Source of the DNA: Octopus vulgaris
Taxonomy: Eukaryota
Length of the DNA stretch: 64,000 nt
Reading direction: 5' to 3'
Assembly (NCBI GenBank): GCA_951406725.2
Contig: OX597827.1
Location: 57,536,001 to 57,600,000 of the forward strand
Of the stretch, positions 11,889 through 23,878 are shown piece after piece. The position numbers and the translations under genes were made by a program. Every line of letters begins with the position of its first letter. Position 1 is the stretch's first letter. The notes below the pieces were generated by a model. That model saw nothing but the letters and a program-made list of their open reading frames with translations. It was not told the DNA's origin and did not search any database.

Positions 11889-13395
11889 AAATAAAAACTA
11901 GAAAAAAATATTGCTGTTAACTCTTTGGAAAAAAAAAAAGATGTTTCCATCGAGAAATGTTTAATAACGTTGACGAAAATAAAACAAAGGATTAAATTTT
12001 TTTAAATCTGTCTTTTTCTTTCATGAAGAGTGCTTCCTGACCACATACTTTCAGGTTCTCTCTTATGACATAACACTTTGGTCAAGTGTCTTCTACTATA
12101 GCTCCAGGCCAACAAAAGTCTTGGGAGTGGCTTTGATAATTGGAAACTAAAAGAAGCCTGTCAAAACTCCTATGTTTTTTATATCAGAGATTACAATTTT
12201 GGAGAAAAAAACACATTTTCAAAATTTAAATTTCACCCCCATTTTCTTTATTTTTCACCATTTTTTGAATTTTTTTTAAAATTCACGTGGGAAAAAACAG
12301 AGATTACAAATCTGGAAAATATTTTTTTTTTAAATTTCAAATTTTCTTAGAAAACATTCTATGTCGCCCCCACCCCTTCCCACTTTCCTAAGGCACAAAA
12401 CTCCAGATGTTTTACATATTGGATATCTTCATTTAATGGAAACTTGCCTAGTCATGGGGGAAATATTACCTTGCTTGAAGAACTTGAGGACTGGCAACAG
12501 GAAGGACATGCAGCTAGAGAAAAAATTTCCTTATCAAATTCTCTCTGACTCATGAAAGCCTGGAAAAATGAACATTAAACTGACAATGATGTTGGTGGTA
12601 GTGATGATGATGATGATGATGATGATGATGACACATCATCGTTTGTCATCATGATCATTTTTCATCTCTGCTTTTCCATGCTTGCATGAGTTGGACAGGC
12701 TCTTTTCAGCACAGCATCACACCACTAGTTACATTCCTTTGTCATCTTCTTTATGTGGTTCAACATCCAGAGACTATCTTTCACAATATCTACCAGTGAC
12801 TTCCTTTGTCGTCATCATTATCATCTTCTTTCCTCCTCCTCCTCCATACTCTATGATTTTGCTACATGTCTTGCTAATTAGATTAAAAAGGTAACAATGT
12901 GTGACGGTTGCAAATAGGCGTCACCATTCATGCAAGTGGCATCATTTGTTTGGGCAGAGGATGGGTGTTAGCACCCCTACTCCACCCACTTTTGTTTTTT
13001 TGTCAAAAATTTCTTTAGACTCCTATGTTTTTGATATCAGAGATTACAATTTTCGAAGAAAGAAAACGCATTTTCAAAATTTTAATTTCACGCCTTCCCA
13101 CCCCCATTTTCTTTATTTTTCCCCTTTTTTCGATTTTTTTTTTTTTTTTTGTAATTCATGTAGGAAAAAAAGGTGATTACAAATCTGGAAAATATATTTT
13201 TTAATTTCGAATTTTGTGTAAGAGACCTGTATATGGTTTTGTACTTATGCTTTTACTTGTTTCAGTCATTTGACTGTGGCCATGCTGGAGCACCACTTTT
13301 AGTCGAGCAAATCAACCCCAGGACTTATTCTTTGTAAGCCTAGTACTTATTCTATCAGTCTCTTTCGCTGAACCAGAGAGAATTTGATAAGGAAA

Positions 13396-14344
13396 GTGTG
13401 ACTGCGCATGCGCGAAAGTTGTGACAGGTGCCAGTCCATCGACCCTGCTCCGGTCGTGCATGAAGCGGGAAGTATTCCAGTGGACCAGGACTGGAGACGA
13501 CTGGCGGTGGACATAACACACTACCGGCAGGGGACATACCTCTCAATGGTTGACTGCAGGCCGGGGCGGTTTGCCATATGGAGGGAGATGAAGTCGGTGA
13601 CCGCAGAAGAAATTGTGAAAGTGTTAAATGAGATATTCCTGGAACGAGGCCCCGTGGATGAACTGCTTCTGGACAACGGCACTGCATTTCGCTCGGATGT
13701 GCTGAGAGAAATGCTTGATGAGCGGAAGGTCAACCGCTTCTTCAGAGCGGCATACCGGCCAAGTGGAAACGGGGTGGTGGAAAGGCATCATCGTACCATC
13801 AAGGCCATGGCAGAGAGGAGTCACATTTCACCAGTCGAGGCCGTGTTTTGGTACAATATGTCGCCCAGATCAGGACAGGCTGAGGAGTCGGTGCCACACA
13901 GGGCAATATTCAGGTACGAGTGGAGGTATCCGTGTACTACATAAATGCGACCCGGGGCAGAGGAAGAGCACGCCTTCGTGCAGGTCGGGGAGGAAGTCTG
14001 GGTAAAACCCCCAAACGCACGGTGTACATCGCAATGGGGAAAGGGGACAATAACCTCCGTAAATTCAAAGAATAACATCTCAGTCGATGGTATGCCACGC
14101 CACGTTTTGGACATACGGAGGATTGTCCATGCCCCAGAGGATGGGACCAGCAGCAGTGGGCAAGACGAAAACAACAGACAGGATGACGAGGTTGGCAGCA
14201 ACACACCAGGAACAAGTCCTAGGGTCGCACTGCGACCACAGAGGGAGCGGCACCCTCTTCCCTGGTTGGCTGATTATGAAACCAGTTTCAGGTGCGGGAG
14301 CGAGTGAGGAAGCCGGTTCAGTGGTCTGTAGATCAGGGGGGGCG
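13396..14344 (+). mobile_element. Ty3/Gypsy LTR-retrotransposon 3' fragment: integrase core, interrupted by one in-frame TAA (13942-13944), then polypurine tract
   Basis: CDRCQ zinc remnant; WRRLAVDITHY, LLLDNGTAF and PSGNGVVERHHRTIK give the D-D-E triad; ORF 13945-14307 continues in the same frame; AGGGGGGG PPT at 14335-14342; GC-rich against the background. Confidence 0.9.
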
Positions 14345-14598
14345 TGTGGTGAAGGAGTGTGACGGATGGGGGAGAGCGGAAGTGGGGCTTGCAGGGCTTG
14401 CAGGGCGCATGCGCCGGAGGAAGCGGAAGTGACAGGCAGAACGCACGTGCGGCATTGACCAGTTGCGGCAGACACGACGAAGGGACCAGACGAGCGAGTT
14501 GGCTAAAAGCGATCCAAGTTCATCTCTGACGAGGTAAGACCCAATTACATTTCCATTCTCCCTTTTTCTGTTGTACTCTTTTCACCGTTCACACCACA
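14345..14598 (+). mobile_element. LTR (~254 bp) of the Gypsy fragment
   Basis: Starts TGTGGTG directly after the PPT and ends CACCACA (7-bp terminal inverted repeat, TG...CA). Confidence 0.75.
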
Positions 14599-15480
14599 TT
14601 GGGGATGGCTGTATTTTGTCAATTAACCCTTTTGTTACCAACCCAGCTGAAACTGCCTCTGGCTCTGTGGTATAAATGTCTTGTTTTCAAAAGTTCTAAA
14701 TTTATAGAAATACTGCTAAGCATTTCGTCCAATGTACTAACATTTCTGCTAGCTCACTGCCTTGGGGATAATAAATATTGATCTGACTAAAGTGGACAGA
14801 AATAAGTTTCATTATTCATTGCTAGTGTAGCAGAGATTTGAAACCGAACCGCCAGGTAGCCGGCTATGCATGATGAGCGAACCACAATAGTATCACTTGA
14901 TCAGTCTATTAAGCAACCAATCAGCCAAGCCATCATGTGATTCAGTCTTCTAGAATCTTCTTGTACCCTATTAAAGGGCCATTTTTGGCACTAATTGTAG
15001 AATGTTGAAACAGCTGCATGATATGTCACCATTCTTTCTACCGCCAGACAACCCAGAAAGGCAATTTAGACAGATGACATAGAAGACGGGAATCTCCGTT
15101 GCCATGAATATAGCACAATAGGTCACAGGAATTCATTCAACGAAATAAAAAAAGTTTTCCAATGATGCCTGGATGGGGGAGGGGGTTCTTCCGAACAAAA
15201 ATAAGAAATTTGCAGCATATTAGGAGGTCAGGGTACTTGATTCCACGCAAAAAATCTATGTTTCTTTTTTTTTTTCTTAGTGAAAATCGTGCAGGTCAAA
15301 ATGTTCAGTATCATTTCGTCCATCTTTACATTTTCAGATCCAATGTCGCCGAAGTCGTCTTTGACTTTTATCCTTTCGAGAAGTAAATGAAATAAGTACC
15401 AAATAAACACTGGGGTCTGTGTAAATTGACTTAACTCCACCTCTGAAATTGCTGGCCTTGTGCCAGAATTTGAAACTCTT

Positions 15481-15833
15481 TACTCTTTTACTCTTTTACT
15501 TGTTTCAGTCATTTGACTGCGGCCATGCTGGAGCACCGCCTTTAGTCGAGCAAATCGACCCGGGACTTATTCTTTGTAAGCCCAGTACTTATTCTATCAG
15601 TCTCTTTTGCCGAACCGCTAAGTGACGGGGACGTAAACACACCAGCATCGGTTGTCAAGCAATGCTAGGGGGGCAAACACAGACACACAAATACACATAC
15701 ATATATATATACATATACGACAGGCTTCTTTCAGTTTCCGTCTACCAAATCCACTTGCCCAAGATGCCACGCAGTGGGACTGAACCCGGAATCATGTGGC
15801 TGGTTAGCAAGCTACTTACTACACAGCCACTCC
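15481..15833 (-). mobile_element. tRNA-derived SINE family A copy with internal deletion
   Basis: Closely similar to 4133-4530. Confidence 0.85.
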
Positions 15834-15899
15834 TATTATTTTGAAGAGGCTGAGTGTCATTTTGATGAGTATTTGGCTGCTATTTTTAGCGACATCAAC

Positions 15900-16174
15900 A
15901 AGTAAGTAGAGGTTATTTACGTCGGTTCGTTCGTACAAATTTTACTTTCCAATTAAGCACATCACACCCTCGAAACATTCGTTCAAAACTCTCAAACCCG
16001 TTTTGGAATAAGCAGAAATCTTTAAGAAACGGGAGAGTTTTTTCGGTCGACACCGTTTGCAAAACGTGAACAGTTTGTGTTGAGGGAAATTAAAATCCTT
16101 CAGCAAAATCATATCAACAAGTATAGAAGATTGTTCATCGTAGTGGGATGAAATACTCGTTTCCTTGACATAAC
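15900..16174 (+). promoter_or_regulatory. Putative promoter/5' UTR of the Macro-RING-DTC gene
   Basis: Non-repetitive stretch with more CpG than surrounding DNA, directly upstream of ATGACA|gtaagt; inference only. Confidence 0.35.
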
Positions 16175-16180
16175 ATGACA
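16175..16180 (+). CDS. Putative first coding exon (Met-Thr) of the Macro-RING-DTC gene
   Basis: AAC-ATG-ACA followed by a consensus GTAAGT donor; phase 0 fits the acceptor at 23497. Confidence 0.55.
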
Positions 16181-17633
16181 GTAAGTTTAAACAAGTTTCG
16201 GACGTCTGTATATATATATTTTTAAATTCGTTTTCTGTAGTTTTCTCATTTTCATTTCCATTGCTGTTTTCTCTTATAGTTTCATTTTATTTTCATTTTG
16301 TCTGTCAACACCTTCAAGTTAAAAGTGAAGTTTAGTTTATTTTTTAAAGACTTGTTAAATAAGAAAACGTTGTTGCGAGCTGCCCTATCGGTCGACCAGC
16401 TAAAAATAGTAGCCAAAATCTCTCTCAAATTAATACTCGTGTTTACAAAAAGGAATGACGACACATTGGTTAACGATCCGACTTCCTGAAATAATGATGA
16501 TGATTTCAAATTTTGACAGAAAGCCAGCAGTCACGTGGGACGGGGTAAGTCGATTACATTTGGCGGCAGTACTCAACGGGTACTTGTTTTGTTGGTCCTG
16601 AAAGGATGAAAAGCAAACTTGACATCGGTGGGATTTGAACTCAGAATGTAAAGGGTCGGAGCAGATACCGCCAAGAAATTTTTCCGACGCTCTAAACGAT
16701 GCTGAATCGCATTAAATCATATGTCTGTTTATTCGTTATTTGTAAATAAATATATTTTCGTGTGTTCATATCAAAACGTGCTGAAGTAGAACTCAGTATC
16801 AACACATTATCATTCATTGGCATTATGTCGCCACTAGAACTGAACAGTTATTCATACCTCTAAGTTAGATAAGATATGTGGCAGTTGTCAACTAAGAAAG
16901 TAGTTCACTTAACTGTGTTTACTCTTCCTTACGAAGACTGGTCTAGTGAATTATATAAACATAATTTGTCTTTTTACCACATAAGCCCCGAGATCTAAGT
17001 TTTAAAATATTTAAAGAAACATTGGCAACCGAAACATTTATTGTAGGCCAGCTCAAACAGTTGGCCCGATTAATCACTATAACAAAAAACGGCCAATTTA
17101 CTCGTCGAGGCCTTGCTGTTATAAAACAAAGATGTCGCGACTGATGTCATTACTCGAAACAAGTTTATTTTTTTCAAAGTGAAAATGCTTTCTTTAGATG
17201 GGCGCAAGGCAAAACAGGCACTGGTGACTTTTCGGGATTCAAAATTGTTTTCCTTTTGGTTGGGTTTGTTATTGGAAACTACTCCTGATAATTTTAATTA
17301 CTTTTTTACATTTCGTAGGCGAACTGTGACTGTAAACATGCCTTTTTGAGGAAGTAACAGTGACAATAAAAACAAAGACTACTGTTATATTAATTAAATT
17401 ACATGTTTAATTAGTAGACTGATGTGATTGCTGAAGCAGTATTTCTTCCGGCTCTTCGCGTTCCGAGTTCAAATCCCACTGTGGCCTACTCGGATGGTAG
17501 ACTTAATTTGTCACCAGGTTTAACACCCTGTCCTGTTATTAAGTGCTTCTGGCATAACTACAGTTTTCTGCCCCCCACCCCCGATGTTGGATGATCATAA
17601 CTTTCAGAAAAATTGATATTTTTTAATGAAATT

Positions 17634-18025
17634 GGATCTTTTCGGTTTGAACGGCAGTTTTTTCTAGCTGTGTTATATGAGATTGTCACCCATAATTATG
17701 ACCTAGTATAGATCTATTGTATTTCAATGTTTTAGGGTTAGGGGTGGGGGGAAGGGTATCTTTTTTTTTTTCAACTCAATCTGTTTCTTAAACGAAGGAC
17801 AGACATATTCATACGGCACAGAATGTTTTCACCTCAATAGACGTCATTGATTGGTTGAAATTGCAGAAATTGAAGAGAAAAACAACAACAAATATCTTAC
17901 AAACTATAGAATTTTCTTAATAAAGCCAAGAGAAAAGGTGTTTTATAAACACATTCCACCAGTATACGAAGTTTAAAAGTGTTTAGTTATCGTGGAAATT
18001 ATATTAAAAAACTGCCGTTCAAACC
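17634..18025. mobile_element. MITE, same family as 22951-23367; right TIR truncated
   Basis: GGATCTTTTCGGTTTGAACGGCAGTTTTT...AAAAACTGCCGTTCAAACC. Confidence 0.8.
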
Positions 18026-18884
18026 ATTAAATTTTCTACGAATACGTGTTATAACATGTAGATTCCGAATATACAAAACTTTGGGGGCGGGGAGTGTTTT
18101 AGGAGGGGTGGGGTGGGGAATTTCGAAAAAATTCACCCCCCTCTATCTAAATTGCTGACTTTGTGCCAAAAATTTGAAATCACTACAATAGAGCTGAAAT
18201 TACATATGCCCACAAAGACAAAATGCTTAGCGAATAGTAAAATTTGCTTAAGCTGATAGTGCTCCAGCATGGCCTTAGCTGTAATGGCTAATACAAAGTA
18301 AAGAAAAGAATATTTCAGTAGCAAAATTTTACCAGAAAAGAGCTTTCTTTCTCATTTTAATAATCACTACTCTCTCATTTCATTTTCACAGAATCCTGAA
18401 GGTGTTGGTACACTGCATGAGTGTTATATTCCCATTTGTTATTGTTATTAGTGAGATATAGTGCCATTTCAGTGTTCTTTGTGGAATTTGTGTTCATTTA
18501 GTTCCTGAGTTCAACTGCCAAAGATCATATTTGTGTTTCATTTTTGCGGGTCAATAAAAGACAAAATCAGTTGAGGACCAGGGTTGGTTTTGTAGAGTAC
18601 GACCTGTTCCCTAAAATATGCGGGCTCCCTGATTATTTCATTATTTTGTATTACTGAACATATATCACATACCCTGGAGACAGCAACAAAGTAAACCTTA
18701 TATGTATGTATATATGTGTGTGTATGTGTCTGTGTATAAAGAATAGTGGGGGTTTAGTTCACTTGTGATCTAAATGAATAGGTACGCTGAGTAAGTGCTA
18801 TAGTTGGTTGACCGTTATTTTGTCAAGATCACGGCTAAGGCTGGATCTATGGATCCTTACCAAGGTTTTGTTACAGCAAAATCA

Positions 18885-19428
18885 AAAACCAAGGCAAAAC
18901 GAGTATCTCAAGTCATTTAGAATAATTTAATTAGGGTAAGGTGAATTTGAAGTCTTACAGCCGTTTCTGCGATAACCCAAGTGGTAGGTTAACATGTCCA
19001 CACACTGGGCTTTCTTTCATCAGAGACAAGGTATGAATATTTTAGACAGGGAACATTTACAGTTTATGAGGAATAAAATAGAAGAATAAAGAGTAAAGGT
19101 AGTTAGAAGAATATAGGCAGGAGAATAATGTTAACAACTCATCTTTTTCCAGAGGATATAGATGTTGGTCAATACCACCTGGATTTACCTGGGATTTTAA
19201 CTAAGGACCTGTATCTTCATGGAAGTACTGACCAGCAATTTCTTAAAAACTGTAAATGTTTCCTGTCTAAAATATTAATACCTTGTCTCTGATGAAGGAA
19301 TATCCAGTGCACGGACATGCTAACCTACCACTTGGGTTATTGTAGAAACAGTTGTAAGACTTCAAATTCACCTTACCCTAATTAAATTATTTTAAATGAC
19401 CTGAGATATTCATTCTGCCTTGGTTTTT
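18885..19428. mobile_element. Foldback of ~190-bp arms (Penelope-like inverted terminal repeat); each arm carries a hammerhead motif
   Basis: 18885-19073 is the diverged reverse complement of 19238-19428; CTGATGA...GAAACAGTTGTA core. Confidence 0.7.
19285..19360 (+). ncRNA. Candidate minimal type-I hammerhead ribozyme (mirror copy at 18952-19027, minus strand)
   Basis: GTCT-CTGATGA-[stem II CCAGTG...CACTTGG]-GAAA-CAGTTG-TA-AGAC; stem I GTCT/AGAC. Confidence 0.55.
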
Positions 19429-19491
19429 CATATGTGTGTGTGTGTATGTATGTATATATATATATATATAAATATATAGGTGTGTGTGGTG

Positions 19492-19720
19492 AGGGCACAT
19501 GGCTTACTGATCAAGGTGTTGGACTCATGATCATAAGATTGTGGTTTCAATTCCTGGACTGGGCGACATGTGTTCTTGAGCAAAACACTTCATTTCACAT
19601 TGGTCCAGTCCACTCAGCTGGCAAAAATGAATAATCTTGCATCATACCGGTGTCCCATCCTGTTTAGGAATATATACGCCATGGAAATAGGGGAAACCAA
19701 CCTTATGAGAAGGAACTTTA
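19492..19720 (+). mobile_element. tRNA-derived SINE family C; second copy at ~60805-61115
   Basis: Shared TCATGATC(A/G)TAAG...TTGAGCAA...CCAGTCCACTCAGCTGGCAAAAATGA. Confidence 0.65.
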
Positions 19721-20571
19721 CTATATATTTATGAACTTAAAAAAATCTTGTCAGAATGTGTGACATCAGAATTATAAAAGTCTTTATGCATTGCCAATTC
19801 CTGATGGAAACAGAAGCATAGGAAGACCATGGCTTAGGTACAAAGATAAGCTTAAAACTAACCTGAAAGTGGCAAAAATTCCTATAGAAATATTTGAAAA
19901 AGCTGCATTGAATCCAATGAGTGGAGGTTGACTTGCTATAATCCCATGAAGATCTGTGAATTGGGTTGTCTAGATCTTCAAGAATTGAAAGAAAAAGACA
20001 AAGTCTCAAACTAACATGCCAGCTACATGGTATAACAGTTGTTTCTTTTGTTCAGTCTTAGACTTTGTCTTCAAATCATTGGCTGGATTAACCCTTTGGC
20101 ATTTAATCTGGCCATATCTGGCCAAAATATTCTGCCTCTTATATGGTCAAACTGACTAGATCCAACATCCTACGTATGCCCTACAATGTCATTCTAAAAC
20201 TAAACAAGCGCATTATCAAAATCTTGAAGCCACAAGATAATGCATGATAATTTTTTTTTTTAAATGTGAATAAGCTTTGCATTTGGTAGGATAACCTGAA
20301 TACTAAAGGATTAAAGTCACATTAGAGTTAAAAATAAAAATATTCCTTGATCCTCATATGTTGAAATCAACAAGAAAATCCATTAAAGGATCATAGATAA
20401 TTGCCACCTTCAAGAATAGAAAACAATGTCTGTTAATATTTGGATCTCTTCTGGGTCATCACCATTGACCAGCAAAATGACTTGTGTGGATGTAATGCTG
20501 TACTATCAGTTCATAAATCTTGAGTTCAAATCAACCATCGTGGAAAGCAGATGTAAATATGATGATGATGA

Positions 20572-21891
20572 TGGGTACCAGAAAGTAATGTCATATTTCC
20601 AAGTAAATAGCAACTGAAGAGGATCTACGTTAAAGTATTGGGGACTTATTGTGGTGGTTTAATAAACTTTGCTCTGCTATGCAAAATCATCTCAAGCGAA
20701 TTGGGAAAGTATATAAAGAAAGGAATGGGTGCCTCATGAGCTCCTGCCTAAGCATAAAGCATTGCATTAAACAATTTGCAAATCAGGAATGAAAAAGTAC
20801 GACTTCTTAATTAAATTGTAACAGATGATGAGAAATGGATAGTCTATGCTAACAGTAATTGTAAGAAGCAGTGGTGAAAATCCAGTTTCAACACCCAAAG
20901 AAGATCTTGCTTGTATTTGGTGAAATACCATAGGTCTTGTCCACTTCTAATTATTGGAACAAATGAAAAGAATCATTGCAGAACTTTATTATTAACAACT
21001 TGAATGTGTCAATCAAGTTTTGCTTGAAAATCATCCAGTTCTTGTTCAACAGAAATGGAGTCATCCTGCAACATGATATCACTATGTAATAATTTTTTGT
21101 CCTTGTGTAGCAAATGTGGTTTCTTATTTGCTTACCCCTAGAACAGTGGTTTTCAACCAGGGTTCCGCCAGTACAGTCCAGGGGTTCCGCAAGAAGTTAC
21201 AAAACTGCTAAAATTGGCAGTAATTTTTAATTCTCCTGTGCAGATATGTGTGCATAAGACTATTAAATTATTGCACAGGGGTTCCCCAAGCCAGTGGAAT
21301 GTTTCCTTGGGGTTCCGCTCCAGCAAAAAGTTTGAAAAGCACTGCCTTAGAAAGTAAGAGAAATGGCTAATATTTCCTTTGAAATTTGCTTTTGTTACAT
21401 TTATTCAAACCCCAAAGAATCCCTCTCAACACACGGCTATGATGCTTCCTAACTACTCATACTCATGATAAGAGATGCACTTATTGTCAGCCACCAAGGG
21501 ACATGCTAAAGTAGTTAAGGTCAAACAACTGACAAGCAAATCTGTGGTATTGAACAGAATATTCGCTGTAATGATATTTCTGCTTCGGCAACTCAGCACT
21601 GAATCTGTCTGAAATGTATTGGAAAATAGGTCAGTTCCAAAACATTGAGAAAACATTGGACAAAGCAAGGACAATGTTGAAACAGCACTTCAAACATTTT
21701 TCTCTTCTAAAGAATCTGATTGGGTTTTTTTTTCTTTTTGGCCCAAGAAATTAGGAAACTGGTTTCAAGGTGGGTAAGTGTTATTGTTAATGACGAAAAT
21801 TATATTTTGAATAAATAAATATTTTTACAATATGTTTTATGCTGATTTGAACCCATTACACAAAATGTGACATTACTTTTCAAGACCCCTA
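20572..21891 (+). mobile_element. Degenerate mariner transposon with nested insertions
   Basis: TIR core GAAAGTAATGTCA / TGACATTACTTTC; WVPHEL (20727), IVTDDEKW (20815) and LQHD (21066) remnants. Confidence 0.75.
21144..21344. mobile_element. hAT (Charlie/Buster-like) MITE with 8-bp TSD
   Basis: CAGTGGTTTTCAA...TTGAAAAGCACTG; TSD CCCTAGAA/CCTTAGAA; the empty site is visible in the paralogous element near 9712-9719. Confidence 0.85.
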
Positions 21892-22950
21892 ATATATATA
21901 TATATATATATCACGTGACCGAGCAGGCCATCAGATGTTGCTACACATCACTGGTCACAATGCGCTTCACATTGTTTTAGCTTTCACTGATGCCACCCCG
22001 CTGGCTAAGCAAGCAGGCCAACAGAAGAAAGCGTGAGAGAAAGTTATGGTGAAAGAGTACAGCAGGGATCACCACCACCCCCTGCCGGAGCCTTGTGGAG
22101 CTTTAGGTGTTTTCGCTCAATAAATACTCATAATGCCCGATCTGGGAATCGAAACCACGATCCTACGACTAGTCCGTTGCCCTAACCACTGGGCCATTGC
22201 GCCTCTATACACACACACACACACATATATACATATATATATATGTATTTCTTTACTACCCACAAGGGGCTAAACACAGAGGTGATAAACAAGGACAGAC
22301 AAACGGATTAAGTCGATTATATCGACCCCAGTGTGTAACTGGTACTTAATTTATCGACCCCGAAAGGATGAAAGGCAAAGTCGACCTCGGCGGAATTTGA
22401 ACTCAGAACGTAACGGCAGACGAATACGGCTACGCATTTCGCCCGACGTGCTAACGTTTCTGCCAGCTCGCTGCCTTACCATATATACATATATATACAT
22501 ATATATATATATCGTGTGCATATGTGTGCGTGTATATATGTATGTTTGTTTTCATTTTCATTTATGATAGAAACATTAAGCTGATGGGTTGCTCTATACT
22601 GTTGTAGAGTACAAATTTATCATTCTTATACAAGAATGTTGTTGACAGTCCGACAGTTTCTTAGCTGGCCAAAATTTTGGATTCACTGTCAACAACATTC
22701 TTGTTTAAGAATAATAAATGTGTGTGTGTGTATTTGTACTTACATATGAATGGACACGAGGCTGGACAGATGGCATGCTTCTGCACAGTTCCTGTCTACC
22801 AAATTCCATTCACAAAGTGTTTGGTTATCTGAGGCCTAAGATGCTAAACATCTTGACCACATAACCATACCGTTTACTTTTGTTGTTGTTTCTTCATCTT
22901 AATTGCATGTGACCAACAGGCATTGAACTCTAATATAGAAAGACACTAGT

Positions 22951-23367
22951 GGATCTTTTTGGTTTGAACGGCAGTTTTTCTAGTGGTGTCATATGAAATT
23001 GTCACCCATAATTATGACCCTAGTATCGATCTATTGCATTTCAATCTCTTTTAGGGTTAGGGTTAGGGGTGGGGGGAAGGGTATCTTTTTTTCTTCAGAA
23101 ATGTAAATTAAACCCAATCTGTTTCTTAAACGAGGGACTTATTCATACGGCACAGAATGTTGTTTACCTCAATGGACGTCAGTGATTGGTTGAAATTGCA
23201 GAAATTGAAGAAAAAAAACAACAAATATCTTACAAACTATAGAATTTTCTCAATAAAGCCAAGAGAAAAAGATGTTTTATTAACACATTCTACCAGTATA
23301 CGAAGTTTAAAATTTTTTAGTTACCTAGAAATTATGTTAAAAACTGCCGTTCAAACCGAAAAGATCT
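22951..23367. mobile_element. MITE with ~29-bp TIRs and ~8-bp TSD (Merlin-like GG termini); internal (TTAGGG)3
   Basis: GGATCTTTTTGGTTTGAACGGCAGTTTTT / AAAAACTGCCGTTCAAACCGAAAAGATCT; flanks ACACTAGT / ACACTAGC. Confidence 0.8.
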
Positions 23368-23496
23368 ACACTAGCTCCTTAATCAGAAAAATAATCCACT
23401 TCAAATACTGAAGATAATTGCATGTATATTGTATGTTGTTTTGCTTTTATTTTATTTGAATTCATTTTATTTTATTTTTATTTTCTTTCTTGTCAG

Positions 23497-23878
23497 GGCG
23501 TAAAATGTTCCCTGCATGGCTGTTGTATTGAGGCCTACATTGGTGACATCACTAAAGTGAAATGTGATGCTATTGTATGTGCAAGTGATAGTAGAGTTGC
23601 ATTAAATGCAGGTCTTTTGGGTGAAATAAAAAAAGCAGGCGGTTCACCGATATTAGAAGAAATTGACCGTAAACTGAAAAGGCTTCCTGGCAAAAATATC
23701 AAACCAGGGCAGGTTCTGGTGACAGGTGCTGGTAAAATGCATTGCGAATTTGTCATGTATATCAATGGGCCTGCAATATCAAGTGGAGACAAGACTATTG
23801 AATCTGCAATAATGACATGTTTGAAAGAAGCTGAAGCCAGGAAGTTAAAATCCATTGCCTTTCCTGCCCTTGGTTCTG
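23497..23878 (+). CDS. Macro-RING-DTC gene exon 2: macrodomain (N-terminal part)
   Basis: tgtcag|GGCGTA...TCTG|gttagt; IEAYIGDITKVKCDAIVCAS...AGG...PGQVLVTGAGKMHCEFVMYINGP...CLKEAEARKLKSIAFPALGSG shows macrodomain signature motifs. Confidence 0.92.

Noticed and set aside
13942-13944. Programmed stop read-through in the integrase
   Set aside because: A simple nonsense mutation in a truncated element is more parsimonious
14599-14615. Primer-binding site (TGG...) after the LTR implying a tandem element
   Set aside because: No tRNA 3' complement that I recognise, and a MITE fragment follows almost immediately
16282-16509. Divergent PARP9-like partner gene head-to-head with the DTX-like gene
   Set aside because: The short ORFs here have no recognisable motifs, and I found no minus-strand exons between 8521 and 16175
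23051-23076. Interstitial telomere or fusion scar
   Set aside because: Only three units, inside a MITE that has a second copy in the window
23422-23496. Hydrophobic signal or TM segment before the macrodomain
   Set aside because: It is the polypyrimidine tract of the intron; the exon starts at 23497
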